Shown here piece by piece: positions 10,570 through 19,485 of a stretch of 64,000 nucleotides of DNA. The DNA is taken from NCBI RefSeq assembly GCF_000738915.1, contig NW_026515634.1, forward strand, positions 475,156-539,155, in the 5' to 3' direction. Numbering within the stretch: position 1 is the stretch's first letter; each line of letters opens with the position of its first letter. The notes beneath the pieces were generated by a model that did no database searches, was not told the DNA's origin, and saw only the letters and a list, made by a program, of their open reading frames with translations. The position numbers and the translations under genes were made by a program. This DNA is from Nematocida ausubeli (lineage: Eukaryota).

Positions 10570-13173
10570 TTACACTGTATTCATAATGATGGATATTCCA
10601 TCAAGGGATTCTTGGCTTCTGTATATTACAGTCTGCAGCGGCTGTACATTTGTTATTTTCATTCCTATTATGCATACTATGTTTGCATATGCTGAGTAGT
10701 TCTGTATGTATATGACCACACCATCTCTTGTCTGGGATGCACACGCGAGTGCTGTGCTTGTATGCCATACTCTTCTTTTTGGCGTGATTTGCCTATGCTC
10801 CATGTTTTCGTCTGGATTTTCTGCGGAAAGAGTGGCAAACAGCTGCTTTATCTGAAGAGCCTTTCTTTCAAATAGACAGTTTTTCAGAAGAGTCTGCATC
10901 GATGTCCATGCTCCAAGCAGACCATATCTGCTTCTTATTCTTTTTTCTAGTGGAATTTGGCGCATTATAATAGTGTTATTTGCATGCACTAAGAGGACAG
11001 GCGCAAGGCTAGCACATACTGGCAGTGTGTCAAGCAGCGTAGACATGTTCTTCTGCATAAATGGCTTTAGCAGCTTGTAAATTCCATTTTTTTTGTAGAG
11101 ATAGTATCGAACTGCCTGCTCTATGCCGGTGCAGTTTACTTTGCGCTCACTGTGCAAGATTAGGCCAGCAATACCTGCTTCAACGGGGCTTACTTTTTGC
11201 TCTGTCTCAACCAGTGCATCATCTTCGCAAGGGTTTGCCACTCTTCTTCTATTTACCCGAACCTTTTGTCTTTTTGTGCATATTCTTCCATTGTACACAC
11301 AAACCTTTTCATGCCTTCCTGTGATTCTATATGAAATATCTGAATTGCTCAGCACTTTATATGCTATTTTGTGCTTTGGCATGTCAGCGTACACATGCGG
11401 TGTGTGTATGCGCAGCCTACGGCCAGCACTGTCCTCTCCATAAGACACTTGTATTTTTGTGGATTTGTACCCTGTGCGCGCACATGAAAGAAAAAGCTCC
11501 TTTGTTTTAGATACAATGCCTTTTGCCCATACCTTTGTCACCCCAAATGGACATACTTCTGGAGTGTATAGTAGTACAGGCCTAACGTACTTTGTTGGAA
11601 GTACTCTTAATTCATAATTTACTGGAATATTAATTATGCCTGCATCTACTTCAACTACCACTGCTGTAATAGAAACTATCCGTTCTTTCTCCTGCATGTT
11701 TCCAAAACGCATTCTCACTTTTCCATTTAGTATTCTTACCATCTGTGCATCTACTTTAATGTACACTGCCTTACTATTCAGAGACTCTGGAAGTTTTCTA
11801 AGGACAATTACTATTCTTTCTCCTGCATATAGCTTATCCAGAGTGTTTACACACTTGTCTGCGTATTCTATATATGCATACTTTTTTCCATACAGAGCAT
11901 CCTCTTCCAAGCACGCACCCACTGTTCTTTTTCTCTTTAAATTCCTTTTTATGCTTCTGTACAGGCTTATTTCAGGAAGTGCCTTTTTGCTTATGGTTAT
12001 TTCCATGCGAGTATTCTGTGATCTGTGATACTCTGCAACTATTGGCACATATTCTGTCCAATTCCTACTCTCTACAAGATCATTAACTAGATCAGTTGGG
12101 CTTCCCATGGAAGTATGCAGCGCCACTATTCTTTTTACTAGCTCCTCTCGAATTACTAAGGGCAGCCCTCTTCCTAGTAGTTCGGCCTCTTTATATATAT
12201 GCGTGCAGTATTCTGTAACTGCGTGTGTATTTACATTTCCGTCTGCAACCAAGCCTTCTAGTATTGAGGCTGTGTCCACCAATAGCAAGAGTTTTCTTTT
12301 GTCAGCCTCCTCTTTTTTCCCTAGCAGATCCAGCACAAGCATGTTAAGAATTGCCCTAGTCTCCGCTTCTTTTTTGCAGTTCAGCTGCATAATCTGGTTT
12401 ACCACAAGAGAGACAGAGAAGTCTTTCCATTCTTTCGACACATTCTCTATATTTCTATATAGAAAGAGAAAATACCTTAGTCGTTCTATAAATCCTGTGC
12501 AGGCACACTCTTCATACTCATTTCCTGGCTCTTCTCCTTCTTTTATCTTTCCTAGAATCTGCATCTCTGCTAGAATTGGAGGCCTTCCTTTGCTTCTCAT
12601 TACCTCTGCTAGCGCAGAAACCTTCTCTGGATTCATTACACCCAGAAGGAATGCTTTGTTCAGCAGAGTTTTTCCATCACTCATCAGTGCCTTTCCCAGA
12701 GACCACAGGCCTGAAAAGGAGAATGACTTATTGACTGTGCTTGCCACTATCCTATTTACACACTCATCACACCCTTGGCGTAATGCGTCAATTTCTACAA
12801 CGTACGGCACCGTTACATCTGCTGCCTCTCCTTCTGTGCCTATGAGTATGCTGACTGGGTCAATGTCCCGAATAGAGTAGCATATAACCATGCTCCACAG
12901 ATCCTCTGCAAGACATGCTTCCACTGTTCTTCCTTGCGAGTCGAATTGATTTTCACTATTTTTCTGCATATTTCGGCGCAGCATGCTCTGCTCCAAGTAA
13001 GCCATCAGCGCTTCCTTAGCACCCTGGGATAGGGCCCCTTCTGTGTATTCAGTGTGCGTGAAGTACTCGCTTAGTACGCCCTCTAGCATACTTTGCAAAG
13101 CAGCGCTCTCTGCCAGCCGGTCAAGAAGAAGATCCGTGACGGTGAACACCGCTGGTATTCTAAAATATTTCAT
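10570..13173 (-). CDS. Large hypothetical protein (helical N-half, beta-rich C-half; weakly Trs120/TRAPPC9-like)
   Basis: 867-aa ORF starting 24 bp after the RPL12 stop. The family assignment is not secure. Confidence 0.75.
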   Translation of the reverse strand: MKYFRIPAVFTVTDLLLDRLAESAALQSMLEGVLSEYFTHTEYTEGALSQGAKEALMAYLEQSMLRRNMQKNSENQFDSQGRTVEACLAEDLWSMVICYSIRDIDPVSILIGTEGEAADVTVPYVVEIDALRQGCDECVNRIVASTVNKSFSFSGLWSLGKALMSDGKTLLNKAFLLGVMNPEKVSALAEVMRSKGRPPILAEMQILGKIKEGEEPGNEYEECACTGFIERLRYFLFLYRNIENVSKEWKDFSVSLVVNQIMQLNCKKEAETRAILNMLVLDLLGKKEEADKRKLLLLVDTASILEGLVADGNVNTHAVTEYCTHIYKEAELLGRGLPLVIREELVKRIVALHTSMGSPTDLVNDLVESRNWTEYVPIVAEYHRSQNTRMEITISKKALPEISLYRSIKRNLKRKRTVGACLEEDALYGKKYAYIEYADKCVNTLDKLYAGERIVIVLRKLPESLNSKAVYIKVDAQMVRILNGKVRMRFGNMQEKERIVSITAVVVEVDAGIINIPVNYELRVLPTKYVRPVLLYTPEVCPFGVTKVWAKGIVSKTKELFLSCARTGYKSTKIQVSYGEDSAGRRLRIHTPHVYADMPKHKIAYKVLSNSDISYRITGRHEKVCVYNGRICTKRQKVRVNRRRVANPCEDDALVETEQKVSPVEAGIAGLILHSERKVNCTGIEQAVRYYLYKKNGIYKLLKPFMQKNMSTLLDTLPVCASLAPVLLVHANNTIIMRQIPLEKRIRSRYGLLGAWTSMQTLLKNCLFERKALQIKQLFATLSAENPDENMEHRQITPKRRVWHTSTALACASQTRDGVVIYIQNYSAYANIVCIIGMKITNVQPLQTVIYRSQESLDGISIIMNTV

Positions 13174-13197
13174 GAATGTTTGTAGAAAATGAATTAT

Positions 13198-13686
13198 TTA
13201 TTCGTCTGCAATCACTATTTCGCCCTCCTGGATCTTTCTAGTGACTTCCTTTGGGGACTCTCCATCTACGAGGCACCCAATTGACAGGCATGTTCCCAGT
13301 ATCTCCTTGACAGTGCCTGCAAGTGTTCTTGCGTATGACTTGCTTCTCTGCTTCTTTGCGATCTGGACGACTGCGTCAAGAGAGAGGGATCCGTTGTGCT
13401 GGATGTTCTTCTCCTTCTTTCTGTTTCTTGGGGGCTCCTTCAGCTCCTTAAGGATAAGAGCTGATGTGCCTGGCTCTGCGGTAATGTCCATCTGTCTTCC
13501 CTGTATAGTCAAGAGCACTCCAATCTTGTATCCCATGTACTCCTTGGTCTGCTTGGCAATGTTTTCTCCTACCTGTTTGGCGTTGAACCCCAATGGTCCG
13601 ACCTTCTGTGCAAGAGATGCACCTCCTGCGGGCTCTCCTCCTACTACTCTCAATCTAACGTATTTTACCTCTTCAACTTTATTCAT
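13198..13686 (-). CDS. RPL12: 60S ribosomal protein L12 (uL11)
   Basis: LRVVGGE...LAQKVGPLG, LKEPPRNRKKEKNIQHNG, GTVKEILGT. Confidence 0.97.
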   Translation of the reverse strand: MNKVEEVKYVRLRVVGGEPAGGASLAQKVGPLGFNAKQVGENIAKQTKEYMGYKIGVLLTIQGRQMDITAEPGTSALILKELKEPPRNRKKEKNIQHNGSLSLDAVVQIAKKQRSKSYARTLAGTVKEILGTCLSIGCLVDGESPKEVTRKIQEGEIVIADE

Positions 13687-13725
13687 CCGGGTATAAAAAA
13701 TTAAAAAATCAACTCTTTTTATAGC
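13687..13725. promoter_or_regulatory. 39-bp divergent RPL12/CRM1 spacer with CCC motif
   Basis: Only 39 nt separate the two divergent ATGs. A/T tracts are present, and the minus strand reads TACCCGG-ATG before RPL12. Confidence 0.6.
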
Positions 13726-16608
13726 ATGGAAAAGTTATTGGAATGCTCAAATGAGTTTGACGTTGAGCTTTTTGACTATGTAGTGACGACATTCTACAAT
13801 CCAATGGACAAGGAACACAAAAGAGCAGAGCGCGTTCTTCTGCAGTACAGAGAGCACCCCGACAGCTGGGCGCACACGTCCGCGGTGGTGAAGGAAAGCA
13901 AAGACGCCAGAGCAAAAGTGTTTGCAGTGCAGGTGCTTGAGAGAGCAGTCAAGATTCGGTGGACAATGCTTACAGAGGACCAGAAGAAAGGAGCGCGGGA
14001 GTACGTGGTTGACAAGATTCTGGAGCTATCTATGCAGGGGCAGCCAGAGAGCAAAGTTTTAGTGAAGCAGTTTAACCAGGTGCTAATAGAAATAATAAAG
14101 AGGGAGTGGCCTGAGAAGTGGCCCACCTTGATAGGAGATCTTCTGGATGCAAGCAAGGGAGACTGTGGAGTGTGCAGCAACAGCTTTAACCTGCTGGGGC
14201 TTCTGTGCGACACGATATTCAACTTCCACGAGTCTCTTGTCAGCGAAAGAGTAAGCGTTCTGCAGCTGCACATGAAAAACGAGCTAGGAAGCATATATGA
14301 GATGGCAATGAACATTCTAGACAAAGTGAGCACAGGGGAGATATTTGTGCCAAACGATCTGACCACCTCAGCCCTCAGCCTGCTTCTCCTCATGGTGCCG
14401 CAGCTGCCTGCTGAGTGCTTGTTCCAGTCAAATCTTCTTGATATTATTGGAAAATATATTGAGTCTGAGTTTGCCATTCTGGCGGTGCAGCTCATGCGAA
14501 GTGTTATTGCGCGGAAAGAAGAGTGCGCATCGAATGAGATTTTCATGGGGGCCCTCAGAAAGTGCTTTGTCAGTGTGGGGGCTTTCTTTGAGAAATACTT
14601 CCGGATGTTCAACGATGCCCACAATGGAGGAATAAAAGCGCACTATGCTGAGTTCCTTCCAAAGGACGTGAATCTCATCCGAGAGATGGTTCTCTTCTAC
14701 GGTGTTGCATACAAGTACTGCAGAGAGCTGGAGAAAACGCCGTGCAATACAAGTGTCCCTCTTGAGCTTATGCTGGAGATATCGCAGGTGTCAGACTTTG
14801 AGCTGTTTAGACTGTGCCTGGAGCTGTGGTCTCTATTCGTGAAGGATCTTTTCCTAGAGTTTCCCTTTGTGCCTGCTCCAAGCAAGGCCCCGGCAGGTCT
14901 TCGGAGAATCCACTATGCAGAGATACTTAGCAGTCTGGTGCCGGTGCTTGTTTCCCAGATGCAACGGCCAGAAGAGGTAATTATTGCAGAGAATGAAGAC
15001 GGGGAGATTGTTCTGGAGAAGCTTGCAGACACAGAATACATTATGCACCACAAAGAAATGAATGAGATAATCTACCACATATCCGCTATGACTGCAGGCG
15101 GCCTTGGCCCATACTTCTGCAGCGAGGTAAACAAGCTGCGGACAGGAAAGTGGACGCGAGACAGACTAAACAAAGTGTGCTGGGCAGCAGGAAGCATAGC
15201 AGGAACATCAAGCCCAATGGGAGAAAAGGAGTTCCTAACTCAGATTATCCAGGGCCTTCTGGCCATGTGCGAGAAGGAGGAAGAGGAGGGCAACCGAGCA
15301 GTTGTAGCCTCGTGTCTTATGTACATTCTAGTTCGAAATCCGCTCTATCTCAAAACATATCCGCTTCTGCTTGAGGCCATATGCAACAAGATGCTGCAGT
15401 TTATTATTGACGTGGATCTGGTTGGTGTCTCTGAGATGGCGTGCGATACTCTGCTCAAGATCATGTCTTCTTGCTCTGCTGTACTGAAGGTTCCTTTGGC
15501 AGCAGGAAAGAACTGCTATGTCTTGGACATATTCCCTCTTATCCCAAAGGTTCTGAAAGTGCTAAAGCCATACTTGGCAGAAGTGCTGTTTGAGGCGCTG
15601 TCGTATCTATCAGAGGACTACATTGATAAGCTGCTGCAGCAGCCATTTATGGACCTTTTCACGCCTTCAGTTGACAATGTAGACGACCTCCAGCGAATAG
15701 TGCATGCGGTTCGTCTTATTAAGGTTGTGTGCACTGTTGAGATATCAGAGGAGTTCTATAACAGCCGTGAGCCTGTGATTGGAAGGGCACTTGGACAGAT
15801 CCACACCGTATACACAATGCTTCCTGATGAGGCTGTGCAGCCCCATATGCTGAACCGGTCTTTGGTGATCCTTAAAAAAGAGATTCTTTCATTGTACAGC
15901 ACAATAGCAAAACACTTCTCCATTAACTTTGTACTTGAAGAGCTGCTAAGGGTGTGCTCGCTTGTGTATGCAAAGCCACTGTCTATTAGTGCTGCTGCAT
16001 CTGTTGAAAAGCTAGGTCTTCTTGCAGAGCTATGCCGGCGCACAGTTGAGGGCACGGCCTCTTTGGTGGATGCAGTTGCAGGGCCTGTTGCACAGCAGGT
16101 GTTTGCTGCGCCAGAGGAGAAGGAGGAGGAGATGAAGGCCTTCTACAAAATGCTGTGCGCGTCTATCCGGTTCAATCCACAAATAAATAATCTGCAGATG
16201 ATTGAGTGGCTGGCCATGGGGGTGGGGCATTCAAACAGAGAGATATACGAGGAGTGCATTGAGGTGCTTGCAAAAGTAATAGAAAAGACGTCTATTGAGA
16301 TAGTGCAGCAAGGATACTTGGGCCTTCTAGAATGCATTCTGGGAACAGCGCTGGACAAAGACCATGAGGGAGGAATAAGCGCGCTTTTAGTTTCTCTTTC
16401 GCTTCTGATTAAGTACAGCATTGATGGAAAGTGCCCGTCGCAGATGCAGGTTCTGGAGGTGTTTGGAGGAAAGCTACATAGCATATTCCCGCACATCAAT
16501 CCAAAAGACATTGAGGAGTTTATTGGTCGATGCTACCGCAATGCAGACTCGCACAACGGCCTTCTTACAACAATAAGCGACTTCCGCGTCAAAATTAAGA
16601 CAATTTAA
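13726..16608 (+). CDS. CRM1: Exportin-1 (Crm1/Xpo1)
   Basis: IBN_N region (FDVELFD..V..FY; EHPDSW), REWPEKWP, acidic loop MQRPEEVIIAENEDGEIV, LNKVCWAAGSIAG, EMACDT. Confidence 0.93.
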   Translation: MEKLLECSNEFDVELFDYVVTTFYNPMDKEHKRAERVLLQYREHPDSWAHTSAVVKESKDARAKVFAVQVLERAVKIRWTMLTEDQKKGAREYVVDKILELSMQGQPESKVLVKQFNQVLIEIIKREWPEKWPTLIGDLLDASKGDCGVCSNSFNLLGLLCDTIFNFHESLVSERVSVLQLHMKNELGSIYEMAMNILDKVSTGEIFVPNDLTTSALSLLLLMVPQLPAECLFQSNLLDIIGKYIESEFAILAVQLMRSVIARKEECASNEIFMGALRKCFVSVGAFFEKYFRMFNDAHNGGIKAHYAEFLPKDVNLIREMVLFYGVAYKYCRELEKTPCNTSVPLELMLEISQVSDFELFRLCLELWSLFVKDLFLEFPFVPAPSKAPAGLRRIHYAEILSSLVPVLVSQMQRPEEVIIAENEDGEIVLEKLADTEYIMHHKEMNEIIYHISAMTAGGLGPYFCSEVNKLRTGKWTRDRLNKVCWAAGSIAGTSSPMGEKEFLTQIIQGLLAMCEKEEEEGNRAVVASCLMYILVRNPLYLKTYPLLLEAICNKMLQFIIDVDLVGVSEMACDTLLKIMSSCSAVLKVPLAAGKNCYVLDIFPLIPKVLKVLKPYLAEVLFEALSYLSEDYIDKLLQQPFMDLFTPSVDNVDDLQRIVHAVRLIKVVCTVEISEEFYNSREPVIGRALGQIHTVYTMLPDEAVQPHMLNRSLVILKKEILSLYSTIAKHFSINFVLEELLRVCSLVYAKPLSISAAASVEKLGLLAELCRRTVEGTASLVDAVAGPVAQQVFAAPEEKEEEMKAFYKMLCASIRFNPQINNLQMIEWLAMGVGHSNREIYEECIEVLAKVIEKTSIEIVQQGYLGLLECILGTALDKDHEGGISALLVSLSLLIKYSIDGKCPSQMQVLEVFGGKLHSIFPHINPKDIEEFIGRCYRNADSHNGLLTTISDFRVKIKTI

Positions 16609-17167
16609 TAAAATATAGTGGCTGAGTTATACTTTTTTGCATCCAGCAAAGGACTTATCTCCTGAGCAAATATTTCAATCTAAACACCCCAAACTTAGCT
16701 ACTTATTGTGCCATGGTGCACAGTTTGTATACGTAAACCATTTTATCAAATGCAATAGAATCTTCTATAACTTTATACATGCACATATAGTGCAGTGTCT
16801 TGTACCAATAGATGTATAAATATGTAGACAGACAGAAGTCTTATTCTATGCTGACATAAGTAGAGTATACAACTTATCGCCAAGATACATAGCTTCTTCT
16901 TTCTACTATTTATATGGCCTAATTTTGGCAAGGAAACCAACCGCTTTCATACGTTTAAGACTCTGCAAAAAGCATGTTCTCTTGTGGTAATGTCTTTTTT
17001 CGCTCTAGCTTCATATTTTGCGGGTCTTTGCAAATGGTATAAATCTTGATTTTCCTAGGTCTTCACCAATATTTAAGAAAATTAAACTCTTCATATCTAT
17101 TTTGCAAATATTATTTGTAGAGGCCTTTTAAAACTAAGAAAGCAAAGAATAAAGAAAAGACATTTAT

Positions 17168-18061
17168 TTATTCATCCACCCTAGCAAAAACAATAGGAGT
17201 AACCCAATGCATTATTAGATAATTAATTAGAGGTGAAAAGTCAGTATAACTGTGATCTCCTATATACCGAATTACTTCGTATATAGTCTCGCGCACATAG
17301 GAAAGATCCCTGCGAATATCCATTTTCTTTGCAGGAGCCCTTCTTTTCCTACAATCAATATGATCTTCCCTAAATTTTATGTCGGTATACCCATTATACA
17401 AGTCACTTATTCTTTGCGCAACCAGCTTCTCCACTCTTTTTTTATCCCACCCCAAAAGGCTGTCTACACAAAAATATTCCCCTATTTTTCGGTCAACCAC
17501 AAGCTTACATCGCAGCCCAAGCTCCTCTGAGAGAGCTCTCTCCCCGTGCTTTGAAGCCATGAGAAAAAACCTATTAAATGGGGCCACCAGGTTCTCACAA
17601 ATATACAGCGCAATTGTCTTTGCAGCCTCGCGCCTCCAATTAACACTAATCATCGTGTCACTATAATCCTGTATATACTCTTCTAGTGCCATTAAAAGAA
17701 TGTCAGGGCCGTCATCTATTCGGGGGTCATTAAAGCCAAGCCTGTATTTTCCACTCTTTCCTGAAACGGCCATATCGTACTTACAGAGACTCTTATTTAC
17801 AGTGCAGGCATTTCTTGTTTTTTCCACATATTCACCTCGATTTCTATACATACAGCGCAGACCTTCATACATATCCCTATGCTCTATCACCTCCTTGCAT
17901 ACGCTAATGCGTAGCCGGCTGCCCACTCTTGCCAGTTCCAAGTTGTAAAACGCAGTTGCATCATTAAATATGCTGGATATTCCCATTGCCAGCTGTCTAA
18001 CCGACAGAATCATGCACATATGCTCCTTTATGGTGCTTTGCATCATATTCCGATTTTTCAT
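17168..18061 (-). CDS. Hypothetical protein
   Basis: 297-aa ORF starting 26 bp after the upstream gene's stop. No family recognised. Confidence 0.7.
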   Translation of the reverse strand: MKNRNMMQSTIKEHMCMILSVRQLAMGISSIFNDATAFYNLELARVGSRLRISVCKEVIEHRDMYEGLRCMYRNRGEYVEKTRNACTVNKSLCKYDMAVSGKSGKYRLGFNDPRIDDGPDILLMALEEYIQDYSDTMISVNWRREAAKTIALYICENLVAPFNRFFLMASKHGERALSEELGLRCKLVVDRKIGEYFCVDSLLGWDKKRVEKLVAQRISDLYNGYTDIKFREDHIDCRKRRAPAKKMDIRRDLSYVRETIYEVIRYIGDHSYTDFSPLINYLIMHWVTPIVFARVDE

Positions 18062-18087
18062 ATTAAAATGTAAACACAGACACTTCT

Positions 18088-19047
18088 CTAATATAAGCCC
18101 ATTTCCTGTATTAGGTCAAGCATGTACCTCTCGCCAGAAGTGCTGCCAAATGACGGACAGCCCCTTAGCAGATGCAGAATGCTGTCCTGCAGTGTCTGCA
18201 GCTCATTTTCCTTCAGACTATTTCTCTTTATGTGGGACAGCGCGTTACTGAGGAATGCCGTGTACTGCGCACGAAGCCTTGCCTGCTTCCAGCCTGTGCC
18301 TATAAACATGATCATTTGCTGTACGAACTGCACTAGCAAAGAGTTATCCAGGTCAATTTCTGCATCAGGCGGCAGCTTGTCCAGGAGAAACAGGAACATC
18401 TCTGGGTCGTTTGACCCGATGACATACGAGAAGCACTCTGCAATGTTCGTCTCAAGCAGGCGGGTGATTATGTCGGTGGGGTGCTCCTCAATGTGCTCTG
18501 TGAAGTCGTTCAGTGTGTCCACCATTCTGTCAAATGTGTCGTCCTTGCTGTCAGATATGTCCTCCTCCAACTTCTCAACATACAGAGGCATCGCCTTCAT
18601 TCTATCCAAAATCTGCAGTCTTATTTCGTTCATTCCATTTTCAATAACAGGAACTATTCCCTCGATGACAGCGTTCTTAAGCGTTTTACTGACGGTTTGG
18701 TTGAGCGCCTTTCCCTCAATGGATGCAACTACGGCATTGCTGCAGTGGTTGCTCACCTCGTTCATTTTCTGGTCAACTCTAGAGGTAAGAACTTTTTCTA
18801 TTTTCTGGCACAATGGCCCGCGCACTTCCTTCTGTATTATATTCTCAAACAGTGCAGCTACGTTTTTATTTAGCTGCTCTGATATTGCCCCCAGCAATTG
18901 TTTCATCCGTATCTGCTCCTTTTCTTCTCTCTCTTTTATCATATTTTCTATTCGGGTATACAGCACATCTAACTCGCCACGGCTCTCGCCGTGCATACTT
19001 TCTTCCTGCGGGCATGTTCTTTCTAGCTGCTCGTCTGGTATAAGCAT
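18088..19047 (-). CDS. EDC4/Ge-1/Varicose/Pdc1 C-terminal-like protein (no WD40 domain)
   Basis: Helical region ending NAVIEGIVPVIENGMNEI, then HPTDIITRLLE..IAECFSYVIGSND...LDNSLLVQFVQQM. This parallels Varicose/EDC4 VIP.FE..C..MF, DPT.ELSRL....YEE.F..AL...D and LSQ.VLLSLLQQL. Confidence 0.6.
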   Translation of the reverse strand: MLIPDEQLERTCPQEESMHGESRGELDVLYTRIENMIKEREEKEQIRMKQLLGAISEQLNKNVAALFENIIQKEVRGPLCQKIEKVLTSRVDQKMNEVSNHCSNAVVASIEGKALNQTVSKTLKNAVIEGIVPVIENGMNEIRLQILDRMKAMPLYVEKLEEDISDSKDDTFDRMVDTLNDFTEHIEEHPTDIITRLLETNIAECFSYVIGSNDPEMFLFLLDKLPPDAEIDLDNSLLVQFVQQMIMFIGTGWKQARLRAQYTAFLSNALSHIKRNSLKENELQTLQDSILHLLRGCPSFGSTSGERYMLDLIQEMGLY

Positions 19048-19054
19048 AATAAAT

Positions 19055-19250
19055 TATTGCAAAAGAAAATAATGTCAAATACGAATTCAAATGGATGTCC
19101 CCAGAGCACAAATATCAAAGAAGATATACTTAGCAGTAGCAGCAATTTACTTATATATTAATACGGCTTCCTGACAAAAGTTAGATTATATTATCGAATG
19201 CTAAATGAAAATTATTTTGCAATATATGCACATCGGGGCTTAGTTTTTAA
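19055..19250 (+). ncRNA. Candidate RNase MRP RNA
   Basis: Motifs in the expected order: GGATGTCCCC (19093-19102), hairpin ATATC-AAAGAA-GATAT (19112-19127), AAAGTTA (19177-19183), CACATCGGGGCTTAGT (19229-19244). Ends are approximate. Confidence 0.5.
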
Positions 19251-19264
19251 AATATCTTTTAGAA

Positions 19265-19450
19265 AGCCAATACTGCTGCGCCGTGTGTTCTTCGGCAGCA
19301 GTAGTATCTGGCCAGTATTGTGCGCAAGTAGGCTGTGTCTTCGGACTACTCAGGGTCTTATAAGAAAATAGCAGCTTTCTTTGATAGAAAGGCAGAGATA
19401 CTCCACAGACCGGCAGAAAAACTAAATAGCAGCCAAATACATCCGGGATA
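19265..19450 (+). ncRNA. Unassigned structured RNA element
   Basis: GC-rich hairpins in AT-rich intergenic DNA: TACTGCT-GC-GCCG/CGGC-AGCAGTA, GTC-TTCG-GAC, CTTTCT/AGAAAG. Confidence 0.4.
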
Positions 19451-19485
19451 TTTAATAGGTAGATGCAGAGCCTCTTTGGCTAGTG

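Noticed and set aside
13198..13686. 5' spliceosomal introns in RPL12 or RPS0
   Set aside because: Both ORFs are continuous from the ATG, with no GTAAGT-type donor near the start.
18122..19072. 316-aa plus-strand ORF, and similar long antisense ORFs (5497-6267, 12107-12880, 13794-14624, 19490-20242, 38427-39269, 55569-56399)
   Set aside because: These are antisense shadows of real genes, with Ser/Phe/Ile-rich composition and no recognisable motifs.
19125..19133. ATACTTAGC, resembling the U1 snRNA 5' end
   Set aside because: There is a mismatch within ACUUAC and no U1 stem-loops follow.
19301..19310. GTAGTATCTG, matching the U2 snRNA branch-site recognition region
   Set aside because: Only 10 nt match; the upstream U2 stem I/U6-pairing sequence and downstream stem IIa are not seen.
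19351..19375. CAGG...AGCAG, resembling SRP helix 8
   Set aside because: The spacing is too long and there is no GNRA-capped stem between the motifs.
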